Below are positions 11,024-22,547 of a stretch of DNA of 64,000 nucleotides, piece by piece. Numbering within the stretch: position 1 is the first letter of the stretch; each line of letters begins with the position of its first letter. The translations under genes were made by a program, and so were the position numbers. This DNA comes from Escherichia coli (lineage in GTDB: Bacteria > Pseudomonadota > Gammaproteobacteria > Enterobacterales > Enterobacteriaceae): the NCBI RefSeq assembly GCF_024223415.1, contig NZ_CP100500.1, one strand, 5' to 3'. The notes under the pieces are model-generated. The model was not told where the DNA came from and searched no databases. It saw only the letters and a program-made list of their open reading frames with translations.

Positions 11024-11701
11024 TTAATAGGGATGCAACACATTACTTGCTTCGCAATGCCGCATACATAACAGAATATCTGCGGCCTCCAACAACCCTG
11101 CATCAGAACTGACGCCCAGTTTCGACATCACATTAAATTTATGTGCACGGATCGTTTTGATATTGCGTTTAAGCTGCTCGGCAATTTGTGTCATTGAGTA
11201 GCCACGCGACATAAAGCGCAATATTTCTCTCTCCGTCGGGCTTAACGTCCGGCTTTGGTTAATGTACCACTGATTGTTCAGTCGGTCGGTCGCCTGACGT
11301 ACACCATTTAATGACAAAAAGAGTTCCTGATGAAAAATCTCCAGCGTTGACGCTTTACTTAATACACCGTCCAGCGGTGATGGCGACAATGAACCAATCA
11401 GCCGAGCTTCAATATCATCATCCGCAATAACTAAACGCCGGGTACGCGGAAACTTAATCGCCAGTTCAGTCAGGCAAGATAATCCCTCTCTGCGCTCACT
11501 TCTCATGGCAGAAAAAGAAAAAATGACCGCCGCAAACGAGATCCGCGACATGGCATCCTGAAATGACTCCTGACTGGTATAGGTATGGAGCTTATAAGGG
11601 TTACCCGCAAACTTTCTGAATAAACTCTCAATACCGATACTACTCATGACGCATTTTTCTATGAGTGCGACATTTCTCTTCTTAATTCGGCTGTGTTCCA
11701 T
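11024..11701 (-). CDS. bglJ: LuxR-family transcriptional regulator BglJ
   Basis: 225-aa ORF with C-terminal LuxR-type HTH; overlaps the yjjQ 3' end. Confidence 0.85.
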
Positions 11702-12384
11702 TCTGCGGCATCTCCATAAACAGAAGGCAAGTTAAGTTCTCTTGCACCCTGCGCGCTATTTATCCATGCATACATTTCAGCGTTGCTGTGAATTGCCAGT
11801 CGACGCATCGCACTGTTTTTTTGGGCGCTGATAGTTTTATTACTTTTCTTAAGCAATGAAGCTATCTGGTTGATGCCCCATCCTTTACCTAATAGCCGCA
11901 GTACCTTGCGCTCTGAAAGAGTGAGAATGACGGAGCGATAGCTAAAATCATGAGTTTCAGTCATTGCCGGGGAGGTCAGCATGGCGCTGATACGCTCTGC
12001 GTGCGTATTGCCGGAACGTACGGTCTTGACCAGATTCTCAATGGGTTCAACATCAGACAATAACGTCGCCGTAGGGCACATGAGCAGTTCTACTGCCTGG
12101 GAATACCAGGAGCGTGACACCATGAAAACCCAGTGAATTTCCCGATATTGTGAGATTAAAGAATAATAATGTTCACAAACAGAACGTGGATCTTCACTTT
12201 CACCGGCTAAATCAGCAATGACTAATCCGGAACGACGTAATTGTAATAAGGTAAGGTCCTCCGCAGAGGCGCTGGATATTATTTCATATTCAGGGAAGTG
12301 AGTCCTCATGACCTCTTTTAACCCTGCTTGCATAACAGGTATTTTACTGATAACAATTCCATTTTTGCAGCATCCTGGCAACAT
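11659..12384 (-). CDS. yjjQ: LuxR-family transcriptional regulator YjjQ
   Basis: 241-aa ORF with C-terminal LuxR HTH ([22 protein letters not shown]); AT-rich. Confidence 0.85.
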
Positions 12385-13002
12385 ATTTCCTCCACATCCA
12401 CTGTCTAAAAATTATGATGGTTTATTCAGGATATTCATTCCTTAAATGTTTCCAGCAAATTAATAGATTAAGCGAATAAATTATCCTTAGCATTCACTTT
12501 CATATCAGCATACTCCTGCTGCACAACAACTCCACTGCATGTGTCAGAAGGTTAGCATCAAATGATAACCTGGTGAAATAGCCTGGAGACATTTAAAATA
12601 TCTACATTAAGTTGTTAGGAATACTTAATGAAAAACAGAAATCACATTCATTTAATTTATAATTAAATGATATCCCTTCCCGCAGAATGCAAAATCACAC
12701 AACCAATATTTATTCAATGAAATCTGATGGTTTTAGCTTGTTAACATTAAAAAACGTGCCCGGTTATCTATTATCCTGATTCGTAAAGGCCAAACAATAA
12801 ATTCATTATGATGATAATATTCATGTGATAGTTTGTTTGCGGCGAGAGATAATTCGCTTTTTATCACCGAGCTTCTCCCGATAACCAGGATTAATCAGCG
12901 CAATTTTGATCTTAACCTACCGCAAAACAACCGTGCTTCATGATACAAATGGATTCTCATTATCTGAACAATACGCAGCACGTCTATGACAAAGGGCGAG
13001 TT

Positions 13003-13773
13003 ATGCAAACTGAGCAACAGCGAGCCGTAACACGGCTTTGTATCCAGTGTGGATTATTTCTTTTGCAACATGGTGCGGAAAGCGCGTTGGTTGATGAGCT
13101 TTCCTCACGACTGGGTCGGGCACTGGGAATGGACAGCGTCGAAAGTTCTATCTCTTCGAACGCCATAGTGCTGACAACTATTAAAGATGGGCAATGCCTG
13201 ACATCGACACGTAAAAATCACGATCGCGGCATTAATATGCATGTGGTGACTGAAGTCCAGCACATTGTGATTCTTGCGGAGCATCATCTGCTGGATTACA
13301 AAGGCGTAGAGAAACGATTTAGCCAAATTCAGCCATTACGTTACCCAAGATGGCTGGTAGCCTTAATGGTTGGCCTTTCTTGCGCCTGTTTCTGTAAACT
13401 CAATAACGGTGGCTGGGATGGTGCCGTCATCACCTTCTTTGCCAGTACGACCGCGATGTATATCCGCCAGCTGCTGGCACAACGTCATCTTCATCCACAG
13501 ATCAACTTTTGCCTTACCGCTTTCGCCGCCACCACCATTTCCGGATTGCTTTTGCAACTCCCCACTTTCAGCAATACCCCCACCATTGCGATGGCCGCCA
13601 GCGTTCTGCTGCTAGTGCCGGGCTTTCCGTTGATTAATGCCGTCGCCGATATGTTTAAAGGCCACATCAATACCGGACTGGCACGCTGGGCGATCGCCAG
13701 TCTGCTGACACTGGCTACCTGCGTCGGCGTAGTGATGGCACTGACGATTTGGGGGCTACGCGGATGGGTGTGA
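13003..13773 (+). CDS. yjjP: Inner membrane protein YjjP (ThrE family)
   Basis: Start at ATG 13003 ([12 protein letters not shown]) inside the 277-aa track ORF; multi-pass membrane protein. Confidence 0.85.
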
Positions 13774-14237
13774 TCGAATTTCTGTTAGCGTTGGCGCAGG
13801 ATATGATCCTCGCCGCCATTCCTGCGGTCGGCTTTGCGATGGTTTTCAACGTTCCCGTGCGGGCGTTACGCTGGTGTGCGCTGCTTGGCTCGATAGGTCA
13901 TGGTTCCCGAATGATCTTGATGACCAGCGGGTTGAATATTGAGTGGTCAACCTTTATGGCTTCGATGCTGGTCGGTACCATTGGTATTCAATGGTCGCGC
14001 TGGTATCTGGCGCATCCGAAAGTGTTTACCGTGGCGGCCGTTATCCCTATGTTCCCGGGCATATCGGCTTATACCGCAATGATTTCGGCGGTAAAAATCA
14101 GCCAGTTAGGTTACAGCGAACCGTTGATGATTACCCTGTTAACCAACTTTCTTACAGCTTCATCGATTGTTGGTGCGTTATCCATCGGTCTTTCCATTCC
14201 TGGATTATGGTTGTACCGCAAGCGCCCTCGCGTATAA
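13764..14237 (+). CDS. yjjB: Inner membrane protein YjjB
   Basis: Hydrophobic 157-aa ORF; start at ATG 13764 overlapping the yjjP 3' end. Confidence 0.85.
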
Positions 14238-14343
14238 AATTGCCTCGCTTAAGCACACGGATGAGAGACAGCCTCCTCTCCTCCGTGTGTTACTATAAAA
14301 GTTATCTCCCTTCTCGTTCATCGTTCCATATTTGAGAAACAGT

Positions 14344-14883
14344 ATGTCTTCCAGAGTTTTGACCCCGGACGTCGTTGGTATTGACGCCCTGGTACACGAT
14401 CACCAAACCGTTCTGGCAAAAGCTGAAGGCGGTGTGGTTGCCGTATTTGCTAACAATGCCCCGGCGTTTTATGCCGTCACGCCTGCACGCCTGGCTGAAC
14501 TGCTGGCGCTGGAAGAAAAGCTGGCGCGTCCGGGAAGCGATGTCGCTCTGGACGATCAACTCTATCAGGAACCGCAAGCCGCTCCCGTTGCTGTACCCAT
14601 GGGGAAATTCGCCATGTATCCGGACTGGCAACCCGATGCCGATTTTATCCGCCTGGCGGCGCTATGGGGCGTGGCGCTAAGAGAGCCGGTGACCACCGAA
14701 GAACTGGCCTCATTCATTGCCTACTGGCAGGCGGAAGGTAAAGTCTTTCACCATGTGCAGTGGCAACAAAAACTGGCGCGCAGCCTGCAAATCGGTCGTG
14801 CCAGCAACGGCGGACTGCCGAAACGAGATGTGAATACGGTCAGTGAACCTGACAGCCAAATTCCACCAGGATTCAGAGGGTAA
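14344..14883 (+). CDS. dnaT: Primosomal protein DnaT
   Basis: 179-aa [23 protein letters not shown]...; immediately upstream of dnaC. Confidence 0.9.
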
Positions 14884-14885
14884 CG

Positions 14886-15623
14886 ATGAAAAACGTTGGC
14901 GACCTGATGCAACGCCTGCAAAAAATGATGCCTGCCCATATCAAACCTGCATTCAAAACGGGTGAAGAGCTACTGGCCTGGCAGAAAGAACAAGGGGCGA
15001 TCCGCTCCGCCGCTCTCGAACGTGAAAATCGGGCGATGAAAATGCAGCGCACCTTTAACCGCTCCGGTATTCGTCCACTGCATCAGAACTGCTCCTTTGA
15101 GAACTATCGCGTTGAGTGTGAAGGGCAGATGAATGCGTTAAGCAAAGCGCGCCAGTATGTCGAAGAGTTTGACGGCAACATCGCCAGCTTCATCTTTTCT
15201 GGTAAGCCAGGAACCGGCAAAAACCATCTGGCGGCGGCAATCTGCAACGAGCTGCTGCTACGCGGTAAATCCGTATTGATCATCACCGTGGCCGATATTA
15301 TGTCGGCGATGAAAGATACCTTCAGGAATAGCGGAACCAGCGAAGAACAACTGCTTAACGATCTGAGCAACGTTGATCTGCTGGTGATCGATGAGATCGG
15401 CGTGCAGACCGAATCGAAATACGAAAAAGTGATCATCAACCAGATCGTCGATCGCCGCTCTTCTTCCAAACGCCCAACCGGGATGCTGACCAACAGTAAT
15501 ATGGAAGAGATGACCAAGTTGCTGGGCGAACGCGTGATGGACCGTATGCGCCTGGGTAACAGTTTGTGGGTGATCTTCAACTGGGATAGCTACCGTAGCC
15601 GTGTAACAGGTAAAGAGTATTAA
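14886..15623 (+). CDS. dnaC: Helicase loader DnaC (AAA+ ATPase)
   Basis: 245-aa ORF with Walker A GKPGTGKNHLAAA and Walker B LLVIDEIG. Confidence 0.95.
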   Translation: MKNVGDLMQRLQKMMPAHIKPAFKTGEELLAWQKEQGAIRSAALERENRAMKMQRTFNRSGIRPLHQNCSFENYRVECEGQMNALSKARQYVEEFDGNIASFIFSGKPGTGKNHLAAAICNELLLRGKSVLIITVADIMSAMKDTFRNSGTSEEQLLNDLSNVDLLVIDEIGVQTESKYEKVIINQIVDRRSSSKRPTGMLTNSNMEEMTKLLGERVMDRMRLGNSLWVIFNWDSYRSRVTGKEY

Positions 15624-15671
15624 TCCCCGTTTCTGGCGGTATACTGCGACACAATTCCACCTTGAGTAATG

Positions 15672-16166
15672 ATGATGAAAACTGTTAAACATCTTCTGTG
15701 CTGTGCCATTGCCGCCAGCGCATTAATTTCCACCGGGGTGCATGCTGCGTCCTGGAAAGATGCGCTCTCCAGCGCCGCCAGCGAACTTGGCAACCAAAAC
15801 AGCACGACACAGGAAGGCGGTTGGTCGCTCGCGTCATTAACTAACTTGCTTAGCAGCGGAAACCAGGCCTTAAGCGCAGATAACATGAACAATGCCGCAG
15901 GCATTCTGCAATACTGCGCGAAGCAAAAGCTGGCTTCGGTAACCGATGTCGAAAACATCAAGAACCAGGTGCTGGAAAAGCTGGGCCTGAACAGTGAAGA
16001 GCAAAAAGAAGACACCAACTATCTGGACGGCATTCAGGGTTTGCTGAAAACCAAAGATGGTCAGCAACTCAATCTGGATAACATCGGAACAACTCCGCTG
16101 GCAGAAAAGGTGAAAACCAAAGCCTGCGATCTGGTGTTAAAACAGGGGCTGAACTTCATTTCCTGA
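15672..16166 (+). CDS. yjjA: Secreted protein YjjA (DUF2501)
   Basis: ORF with N-terminal signal peptide (…ISTGVHA); three consecutive ATG, so the start is ambiguous by one or two codons. Confidence 0.8.
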   Translation: MMKTVKHLLCCAIAASALISTGVHAASWKDALSSAASELGNQNSTTQEGGWSLASLTNLLSSGNQALSADNMNNAAGILQYCAKQKLASVTDVENIKNQVLEKLGLNSEEQKEDTNYLDGIQGLLKTKDGQQLNLDNIGTTPLAEKVKTKACDLVLKQGLNFIS

Positions 16167-16419
16167 ACCGCGAAACGCCGCGTTTTAGCTGTTACCCGGC
16201 TGACGCGGCTCTCTCCTGCCCTTTTCCCTGCTCCTGGACGGTTTTCCCCCTGTTACACGGGAAGCGACCGCGATCAAAAAAGTCTGTTTATAAACTAATT
16301 CCTAACAACATCGCATTTTTTTGACACTAGAATTGCAGCAATATGGCGACGCCATTACATTGTGCTTCTCAAAAAGCTTAAACGTTGGCTAAACGGCCCG
16401 GTTTAGTGAGGATCGCCCG

Positions 16420-18711
16420 TTGTCAGAACTACTCTCTTTCGCCCTTTTTCTCGCCTCTGTGCTGATTTACGCATGGAAAGCGGGACGTAACACCTGGTGG
16501 TTTGCAGCCACATTAACGGTGCTGGGGCTATTTGTCGTTTTAAATATCACCCTGTTTGCCAGCGACTATTTTACTGGCGATGGTATTAACGACGCGGTTC
16601 TCTATACCTTAACCAACAGCCTGACCGGTGCTGGCGTCAGCAAATACATCCTGCCGGGTATCGGCATTGTGCTGGGGCTGACGGCGGTGTTCGGTGCGCT
16701 GGGCTGGATCCTGCGCCGTCGTCGTCATCATCCGCACCATTTTGGTTACAGCCTGCTGGCGCTCTTACTGGCGCTGGGTTCGGTGGACGCCAGCCCGGCA
16801 TTTCGTCAGATAACGGAACTGGTGAAATCCCAGTCACGCGATGGCGACCCGGACTTTGCGGCTTATTATAAAGAGCCGTCGAAAACTATCCCAGACCCGA
16901 AACTCAACCTGGTTTATATCTACGGCGAAAGTCTCGAGCGGACCTATTTTGATAACGAAGCTTTCCCGGATCTCACGCCTGAACTGGGCGCGTTGAAAAA
17001 TGAAGGCCTGGATTTCAGCCACACGCAGCAGCTGCCAGGAACGGATTACACGATTGCGGGCATGGTGGCTTCTCAGTGCGGCATACCGCTGTTTGCCCCC
17101 TTTGAAGGCAACGCCTCCGCTTCTGTTTCCAGCTTCTTCCCGCAGAACATCTGTCTGGGCGATATCCTGAAAAACTCGGGTTATCAGAACTATTTCGTGC
17201 AGGGCGCAAATCTGCGTTTTGCCGGTAAAGATGTGTTCCTGAAATCGCACGGCTTCGATCACTTATACGGCTCAGAAGAGCTGAAAAGCGTGGTGGCCGA
17301 CCCGCACTATCGCAACGACTGGGGATTCTACGACGATACCGTTCTCGATGAAGCGTGGAAAAAGTTTGAAGAGCTTTCCCGTTCTGGTCAGCGATTCTCA
17401 CTGTTTACCCTGACAGTCGATACCCATCACCCGGATGGTTTTATCTCTCGTACCTGTAACCGCAAAAAATATGATTTTGACGGTAAACCGAATCAGTCAT
17501 TCAGCGCGGTAAGTTGCAGCCAGGAGAATATCGCGACGTTTATCAACAAAATCAAAGCGTCACCGTGGTTTAAAGATACTGTCATCGTCGTCTCTTCTGA
17601 CCATTTAGCGATGAACAACACGGCGTGGAAATACCTCAATAAGCAGGATCGCAATAACCTGTTTTTTGTCATTCGTGGCGACAAGCCGCAGCAAGAGACG
17701 CTGGCAGTGAAGCGTAACACGATGGATAACGGCGCGACGGTGCTGGACATTCTCGGTGGCGATAACTATCTCGGACTTGGTCGTAGCAGTTTATCCGGGC
17801 AGTCGATGTCGGAAATCTTCCTCAATATCAAAGAGAAAACATTGGCGTGGAAGCCAGATATCATCCGCCTGTGGAAATTCCCTAAAGAGATGAAAGAGTT
17901 CACCATCGACCAGCAGAAAAACATGATTGCCTTCTCGGGTAGCCATTTCCGTTTGCCGCTGCTGTTGCGGGTTTCAGACAAACGCGTGGAACCGCTGCCG
18001 GAAAGCGAATACTCAGCACCGCTGCGTTTCCAGCTGGCCGATTTCGCTCCACGCGACAATTTCGTCTGGGTTGACCGTTGCTACAAGATGGCACAACTCT
18101 GGGCTCCGGAACTGGCACTTTCCACCGACTGGTGTGTCTCGCAGGGGCAACTTGGCGGTCAGCAAATTGTTCAGCATGTTGACAAAACAACATGGAAGAG
18201 CAAGACGGCATTTAAAGATACGGTCATCGACATGGCGCGTTACAAAGGCAATGTCGATACGCTGAAGATTGTTGATAACGATATTCGCTACAAAGCCGAC
18301 AGTTTCATCTTTAACGTCGCCGGTGCGCCAGAAGAGGTGAAACAGTTTAGCGGGATTTCCCGTCCGGAGTCGTGGGGCCGCTGGTCCAACGCGCAGCTGG
18401 GCGATGAAGTAAAAATCGAGTACAAGCATCCGCTGCCGAAGAAATTTGACCTGGTGATTACCGCCAAAGCATACGGCAATAACGCCAGCCGTCCTATTCC
18501 GGTACGCGTAGGCAATGAAGAACAAACTCTTGTGCTGGGCAATGAAGTGACCACCACCACACTGCATTTCGATAACCCAACCGATGCCGACACACTGGTA
18601 ATTGTGCCGCCGGAACCTGTCTCAACCAACGAAGGGAATATCCTCGGACACTCGCCGCGTAAGCTCGGGATCGGCATGGTGGAAATTAAAGTGGTAGAAC
18701 GTGAAGGGTAA
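16420..18711 (+). CDS. opgB: Phosphoglycerol transferase I (sulfatase family)
   Basis: 763-aa ORF with N-terminal TM segments and sulfatase-type domain; apparent TTG start. Confidence 0.9.
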   Translation: MSELLSFALFLASVLIYAWKAGRNTWWFAATLTVLGLFVVLNITLFASDYFTGDGINDAVLYTLTNSLTGAGVSKYILPGIGIVLGLTAVFGALGWILRRRRHHPHHFGYSLLALLLALGSVDASPAFRQITELVKSQSRDGDPDFAAYYKEPSKTIPDPKLNLVYIYGESLERTYFDNEAFPDLTPELGALKNEGLDFSHTQQLPGTDYTIAGMVASQCGIPLFAPFEGNASASVSSFFPQNICLGDILKNSGYQNYFVQGANLRFAGKDVFLKSHGFDHLYGSEELKSVVADPHYRNDWGFYDDTVLDEAWKKFEELSRSGQRFSLFTLTVDTHHPDGFISRTCNRKKYDFDGKPNQSFSAVSCSQENIATFINKIKASPWFKDTVIVVSSDHLAMNNTAWKYLNKQDRNNLFFVIRGDKPQQETLAVKRNTMDNGATVLDILGGDNYLGLGRSSLSGQSMSEIFLNIKEKTLAWKPDIIRLWKFPKEMKEFTIDQQKNMIAFSGSHFRLPLLLRVSDKRVEPLPESEYSAPLRFQLADFAPRDNFVWVDRCYKMAQLWAPELALSTDWCVSQGQLGGQQIVQHVDKTTWKSKTAFKDTVIDMARYKGNVDTLKIVDNDIRYKADSFIFNVAGAPEEVKQFSGISRPESWGRWSNAQLGDEVKIEYKHPLPKKFDLVITAKAYGNNASRPIPVRVGNEEQTLVLGNEVTTTTLHFDNPTDADTLVIVPPEPVSTNEGNILGHSPRKLGIGMVEIKVVEREG

Positions 18712-18723
18712 TTCCTGACTGAT

Positions 18724-18752
18724 GTGTAGGTCGCATAGGGTGCGACCTACAC
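18724..18752. repeat. Perfect 12-bp inverted repeat hairpin after opgB
   Basis: gtgtaggtcgca-taggg-tgcgacctacac; no downstream T-run, so more REP-like than an intrinsic terminator. Confidence 0.5.
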
Positions 18753-18847
18753 ACCTTCTCCGGCTTACAACACATTATTAAGAAACAAAAAAACAGCGCC
18801 CAACACTTCCCCGGACGCTGCATGGCAACTTTAATAATCTCGCCTTA

Positions 18848-19870
18848 TCAGAAAGTAATTACGCCTTTAATTAACTCACGATTGTTAATCACATCGCGCT
18901 CGTAGGTTTCTGCCAGCGTGGCGAACGGATAGCGATGGGTTAACATCATGTCAGCAGTGATTTTTCCTTCCGCCATCAGTCGACCGACTTTAGCAAAATC
19001 TTCCGGCGTGGCGTTGCGGCTGCCCATCATCGTCGTTTCTTTTTTATGGAATTCCGGATCGGAGAACTGCAACTCACCTTTAAACAGGCCGACAAATACC
19101 ACCGTGCCGCCGTGACGAATCAGATTCACGGTGTTATTCATCGCATGTTGATTACCTGTCGCGTCGATCACTTTCTGCGCCAGCGAACCACCAAACTGCG
19201 CCCGCAGCTGCGCGTCAAAATCTTCGGCTGACGGGTCCAGCACGGGCAACTCCAGACGCGTTGCCACATGTTCACGGCGCGCCGGACTGGTATCCGCCAC
19301 CACCACCTGTGCGCCATCGGCTTTAGCGATTGCCGCCGCGCCCAGACCGATTGGCCCCGCCCCGACCACCAGCACCTGCTCGCCGGGAGCAATGGCTGCG
19401 CGACGCACCGCATGAGCGCTAATAGCGAAAGGTTCAATCAATGCGGCCGCCTGCGGGTCAATACCGTCTGCGGGCAAAATGTTCGCCACCGGCACGCTCA
19501 AATACTCACTAAAACCGCCATCCTGATGCACGCCAATGACTGAAATTTTTTCACAGCAATTGGTACGCCCGCTTTTACACGCCGGGCATTGCTGACAGGC
19601 AACATAAGGGATCACAGCAACTTGCTGACCATTTTTAAGATCAGCAATATTTTTACCCAGCCCAACAATCTCCCCACATATTTCATGGCCTAAAACCCGT
19701 GGATAACTAAAAAATGGTTGATTTCCACCCCAGGCATGAATATCGGTACCGCAAATCCCGACAGACTTAATTTTTATTAATGCTTCATTGTCACCCGGAA
19801 TAGGTATCTCGCGTTGTTTCCAGACTAATTCTTTCGGCTGCTGGCAAATTAAAACATTCATCGTAGACAT
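18848..19870 (-). CDS. lgoD: Zn-dependent L-galactonate 5-dehydrogenase
   Basis: MDR-family alcohol dehydrogenase signatures (GHEICGEIV, Rossmann GAGPIGLG); start at internal ATG (MSTMNVLI). Confidence 0.85.
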   Translation of the reverse strand: MSTMNVLICQQPKELVWKQREIPIPGDNEALIKIKSVGICGTDIHAWGGNQPFFSYPRVLGHEICGEIVGLGKNIADLKNGQQVAVIPYVACQQCPACKSGRTNCCEKISVIGVHQDGGFSEYLSVPVANILPADGIDPQAAALIEPFAISAHAVRRAAIAPGEQVLVVGAGPIGLGAAAIAKADGAQVVVADTSPARREHVATRLELPVLDPSAEDFDAQLRAQFGGSLAQKVIDATGNQHAMNNTVNLIRHGGTVVFVGLFKGELQFSDPEFHKKETTMMGSRNATPEDFAKVGRLMAEGKITADMMLTHRYPFATLAETYERDVINNRELIKGVITF

Positions 19871-20008
19871 GATTCGGCTCTCCATTTTTTGTTGCCTTAG
19901 ATATCAATGAAAATGAAAAATGGCAGCGGAACGGAAAATCTGTTTTGTGAAAACACACGCATAAAAATGTTTTAAATCGGGTTTTAATGGACTCACAAGG
20001 AGGAAAAT

Positions 20009-20923
20009 ATGAGTCGTTCACAAAATTTACGCCACAATGTGATTAACCAGGTCATTGATGATATGGCGCGGGGTCATATCCCTTCCCCACTTCCATCGCA
20101 AAGTGCGCTGGCGGAAATGTACAACATCAGCCGCACTACAGTGCGTCATATTCTCAGCCACTTACGCGAATGCGGCGTCTTAACGCAGGTTGGAAACGAC
20201 TATGTTATTGCGCGTAAACCTGACCATGATGACGGTTTCGCCTGCACTACCGCTTCAATGAGTGAACAAAACAAAGTGTTTGAGCAGGCTTTTTTCACGA
20301 TGATAAACCAGCGTCAGTTACGCCCTGGGGAAACTTTTTCTGAACTGCAACTGGCTCGGGCCGCGGGTGTCAGCCCGGTGGTTGTAAGAGAATATCTTTT
20401 AAAATTCGGCCGTTATAATCTTATTCAAAGCGAAAAGCGCGGCCAGTGGAGCATGAAGCAATTCGATCAATCCTACGCCGAGCAGCTGTTTGAGCTACGC
20501 GAAATGCTCGAAACACATTCACTTCAGCACTTTCTCAACCTGCCTGATCATGATCCCCGCTGGCTGCAGGCGAAAACCATGCTCGAACGTCATCGGCTAC
20601 TGCGTGACAACATCGGCAATAGCTTTCGCATGTTCTCGCAACTTGACAGAGATTTTCACTCCTTACTGCTTTCAGCTGCCGACAATATCTTTTTTGATCA
20701 ATCGCTTGAGATCATCTCAGTCATCTTTCATTTTCACTATCAATGGGACGAAAGCGATCTTAAACAGCGCAATATCATTGCCGTCGATGAGCATATGACC
20801 ATTCTCAGCGCTCTGATTTGCCGCAGTGACCTTGATGCCACCCTTGCGCTCCGTAACCATTTGAATTCAGCGAAACAATCAATGATTCGGTCCATTAATG
20901 AGAACACGCGTTATGCTCATTAA
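20009..20923 (+). CDS. lgoR: GntR-family regulator of L-galactonate catabolism
   Basis: 304-aa ORF with N-terminal GntR-type wHTH; divergent from lgoD. Confidence 0.85.
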   Translation: MSRSQNLRHNVINQVIDDMARGHIPSPLPSQSALAEMYNISRTTVRHILSHLRECGVLTQVGNDYVIARKPDHDDGFACTTASMSEQNKVFEQAFFTMINQRQLRPGETFSELQLARAAGVSPVVVREYLLKFGRYNLIQSEKRGQWSMKQFDQSYAEQLFELREMLETHSLQHFLNLPDHDPRWLQAKTMLERHRLLRDNIGNSFRMFSQLDRDFHSLLLSAADNIFFDQSLEIISVIFHFHYQWDESDLKQRNIIAVDEHMTILSALICRSDLDATLALRNHLNSAKQSMIRSINENTRYAH

Positions 20924-21137
20924 GTACGGATTAAAAACAGCAAACTATTAGCGGGTGCACGGTTTTATCAAAAGATAAATACCGGGAAATTCCCGCTTAC
21001 CTATGCTCACAATCAGTCGACTAAAAATGTTTTTGTGAGCGGTAGTAAAGTCCTAAAACTTTAACCTGCCGTTAATGTCAACCTTGCGTAATGCACAATT
21101 ACGTAAACAATTAAAATTATAAATACAGGAGTCCGGC

Positions 21138-22499
21138 GTGGAAAAAGAAAATATCACCCTCGATCCGCGTTCTTCATTTACTCCATCTTCGTCGGCAGAT
21201 ATTCCCGTGCCACCAGATGGATTAGTTCAACGCAGTACCCGAATTAAACGCATTCAAACCACCGCCATGTTGTTATTATTTTTTGCGGCGGTAATCAATT
21301 ATCTCGACCGCAGTTCGCTGTCGGTAGCAAATTTAACGATTCGTGAAGAATTGGGATTAAGTGCCACCGAAATCGGCGCTTTGCTCTCCGTGTTTTCACT
21401 CGCTTACGGCATTGCGCAACTTCCTTGCGGCCCACTATTGGATCGTAAAGGCCCACGCCTGATGCTGGGACTGGGGATGTTCTTCTGGTCACTGTTCCAG
21501 GCCATGTCTGGCATGGTGCACAGCTTTACGCAGTTCGTGTTGGTGCGTATCGGTATGGGGATTGGTGAAGCGCCGATGAACCCATGCGGTGTAAAAGTCA
21601 TTAACGACTGGTTCAACATCAAAGAGCGCGGACGCCCGATGGGCTTCTTCAACGCAGCTTCTACCATTGGCGTTGCCGTAAGCCCACCGATTCTGGCGGC
21701 GATGATGCTGGTGATGGGCTGGCGCGGGATGTTTATTACCATTGGTGTACTGGGGATTTTTCTCGCCATCGGCTGGTATATGCTCTATCGCAACCGCGAG
21801 CACGTAGAACTGACTGCCGTTGAACAAGCTTATCTCAATGCAGGTAGCGTCAATGCCCGCCGAGATCCGCTCAGTTTTGCCGAATGGCGCAGCCTGTTCC
21901 GTAACCGCACAATGTGGGGAATGATGCTCGGATTCAGTGGCATCAACTACACTGCGTGGCTGTATCTGGCCTGGCTTCCTGGTTACCTGCAAACAGCCTA
22001 TAACCTGGATTTAAAAAGCACAGGGTTGATGGCGGCTATCCCTTTCCTGTTTGGGGCTGCCGGGATGCTGGTCAACGGTTACGTTACTGACTGGCTGGTC
22101 AAAGGGGGAATGGCTCCGATTAAAAGCCGTAAGATCTGCATTATTGCCGGGATGTTCTGTTCTGCCGCCTTTACGCTGATAGTACCACAAGCGACAACAT
22201 CCATGATGGCGGTTCTGCTGATTGGCATGGCACTGTTCTGTATTCACTTTGCCGGAACATCCTGCTGGGGCTTGATCCACGTCGCAGTTGCTTCTCGCAT
22301 GACTGCGTCGGTGGGCAGTATCCAGAACTTTGCCAGCTTCATCTGCGCCTCTTTCGCGCCGATCATTACTGGTTTTATTGTTGATACAACCCACTCATTC
22401 CGTCTGGCACTAATCATTTGCGGTTGCGTCACCGCAGCGGGAGCACTGGCGTACATCTTCCTGGTTCGTCAGCCGATCAACGACCCGCGTAAAGATTAA
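21138..22499 (+). CDS. lgoT: MFS L-galactonate transporter
   Basis: 453-aa 12-TM MFS protein; GTG start. Confidence 0.85.
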   Translation: MEKENITLDPRSSFTPSSSADIPVPPDGLVQRSTRIKRIQTTAMLLLFFAAVINYLDRSSLSVANLTIREELGLSATEIGALLSVFSLAYGIAQLPCGPLLDRKGPRLMLGLGMFFWSLFQAMSGMVHSFTQFVLVRIGMGIGEAPMNPCGVKVINDWFNIKERGRPMGFFNAASTIGVAVSPPILAAMMLVMGWRGMFITIGVLGIFLAIGWYMLYRNREHVELTAVEQAYLNAGSVNARRDPLSFAEWRSLFRNRTMWGMMLGFSGINYTAWLYLAWLPGYLQTAYNLDLKSTGLMAAIPFLFGAAGMLVNGYVTDWLVKGGMAPIKSRKICIIAGMFCSAAFTLIVPQATTSMMAVLLIGMALFCIHFAGTSCWGLIHVAVASRMTASVGSIQNFASFICASFAPIITGFIVDTTHSFRLALIICGCVTAAGALAYIFLVRQPINDPRKD

Positions 22500-22508
22500 A
22501 CTCCCTAT

Positions 22509-22541
22509 GCCCGATAACATTTTGCTTATCGGGCATTTTTA
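22509..22541 (+). terminator. Intrinsic terminator after lgoT
   Basis: gcccgataa-cattttgc-ttatcgggc followed by atttttat. Confidence 0.6.
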
Positions 22542-22547
22542 TGGCGA

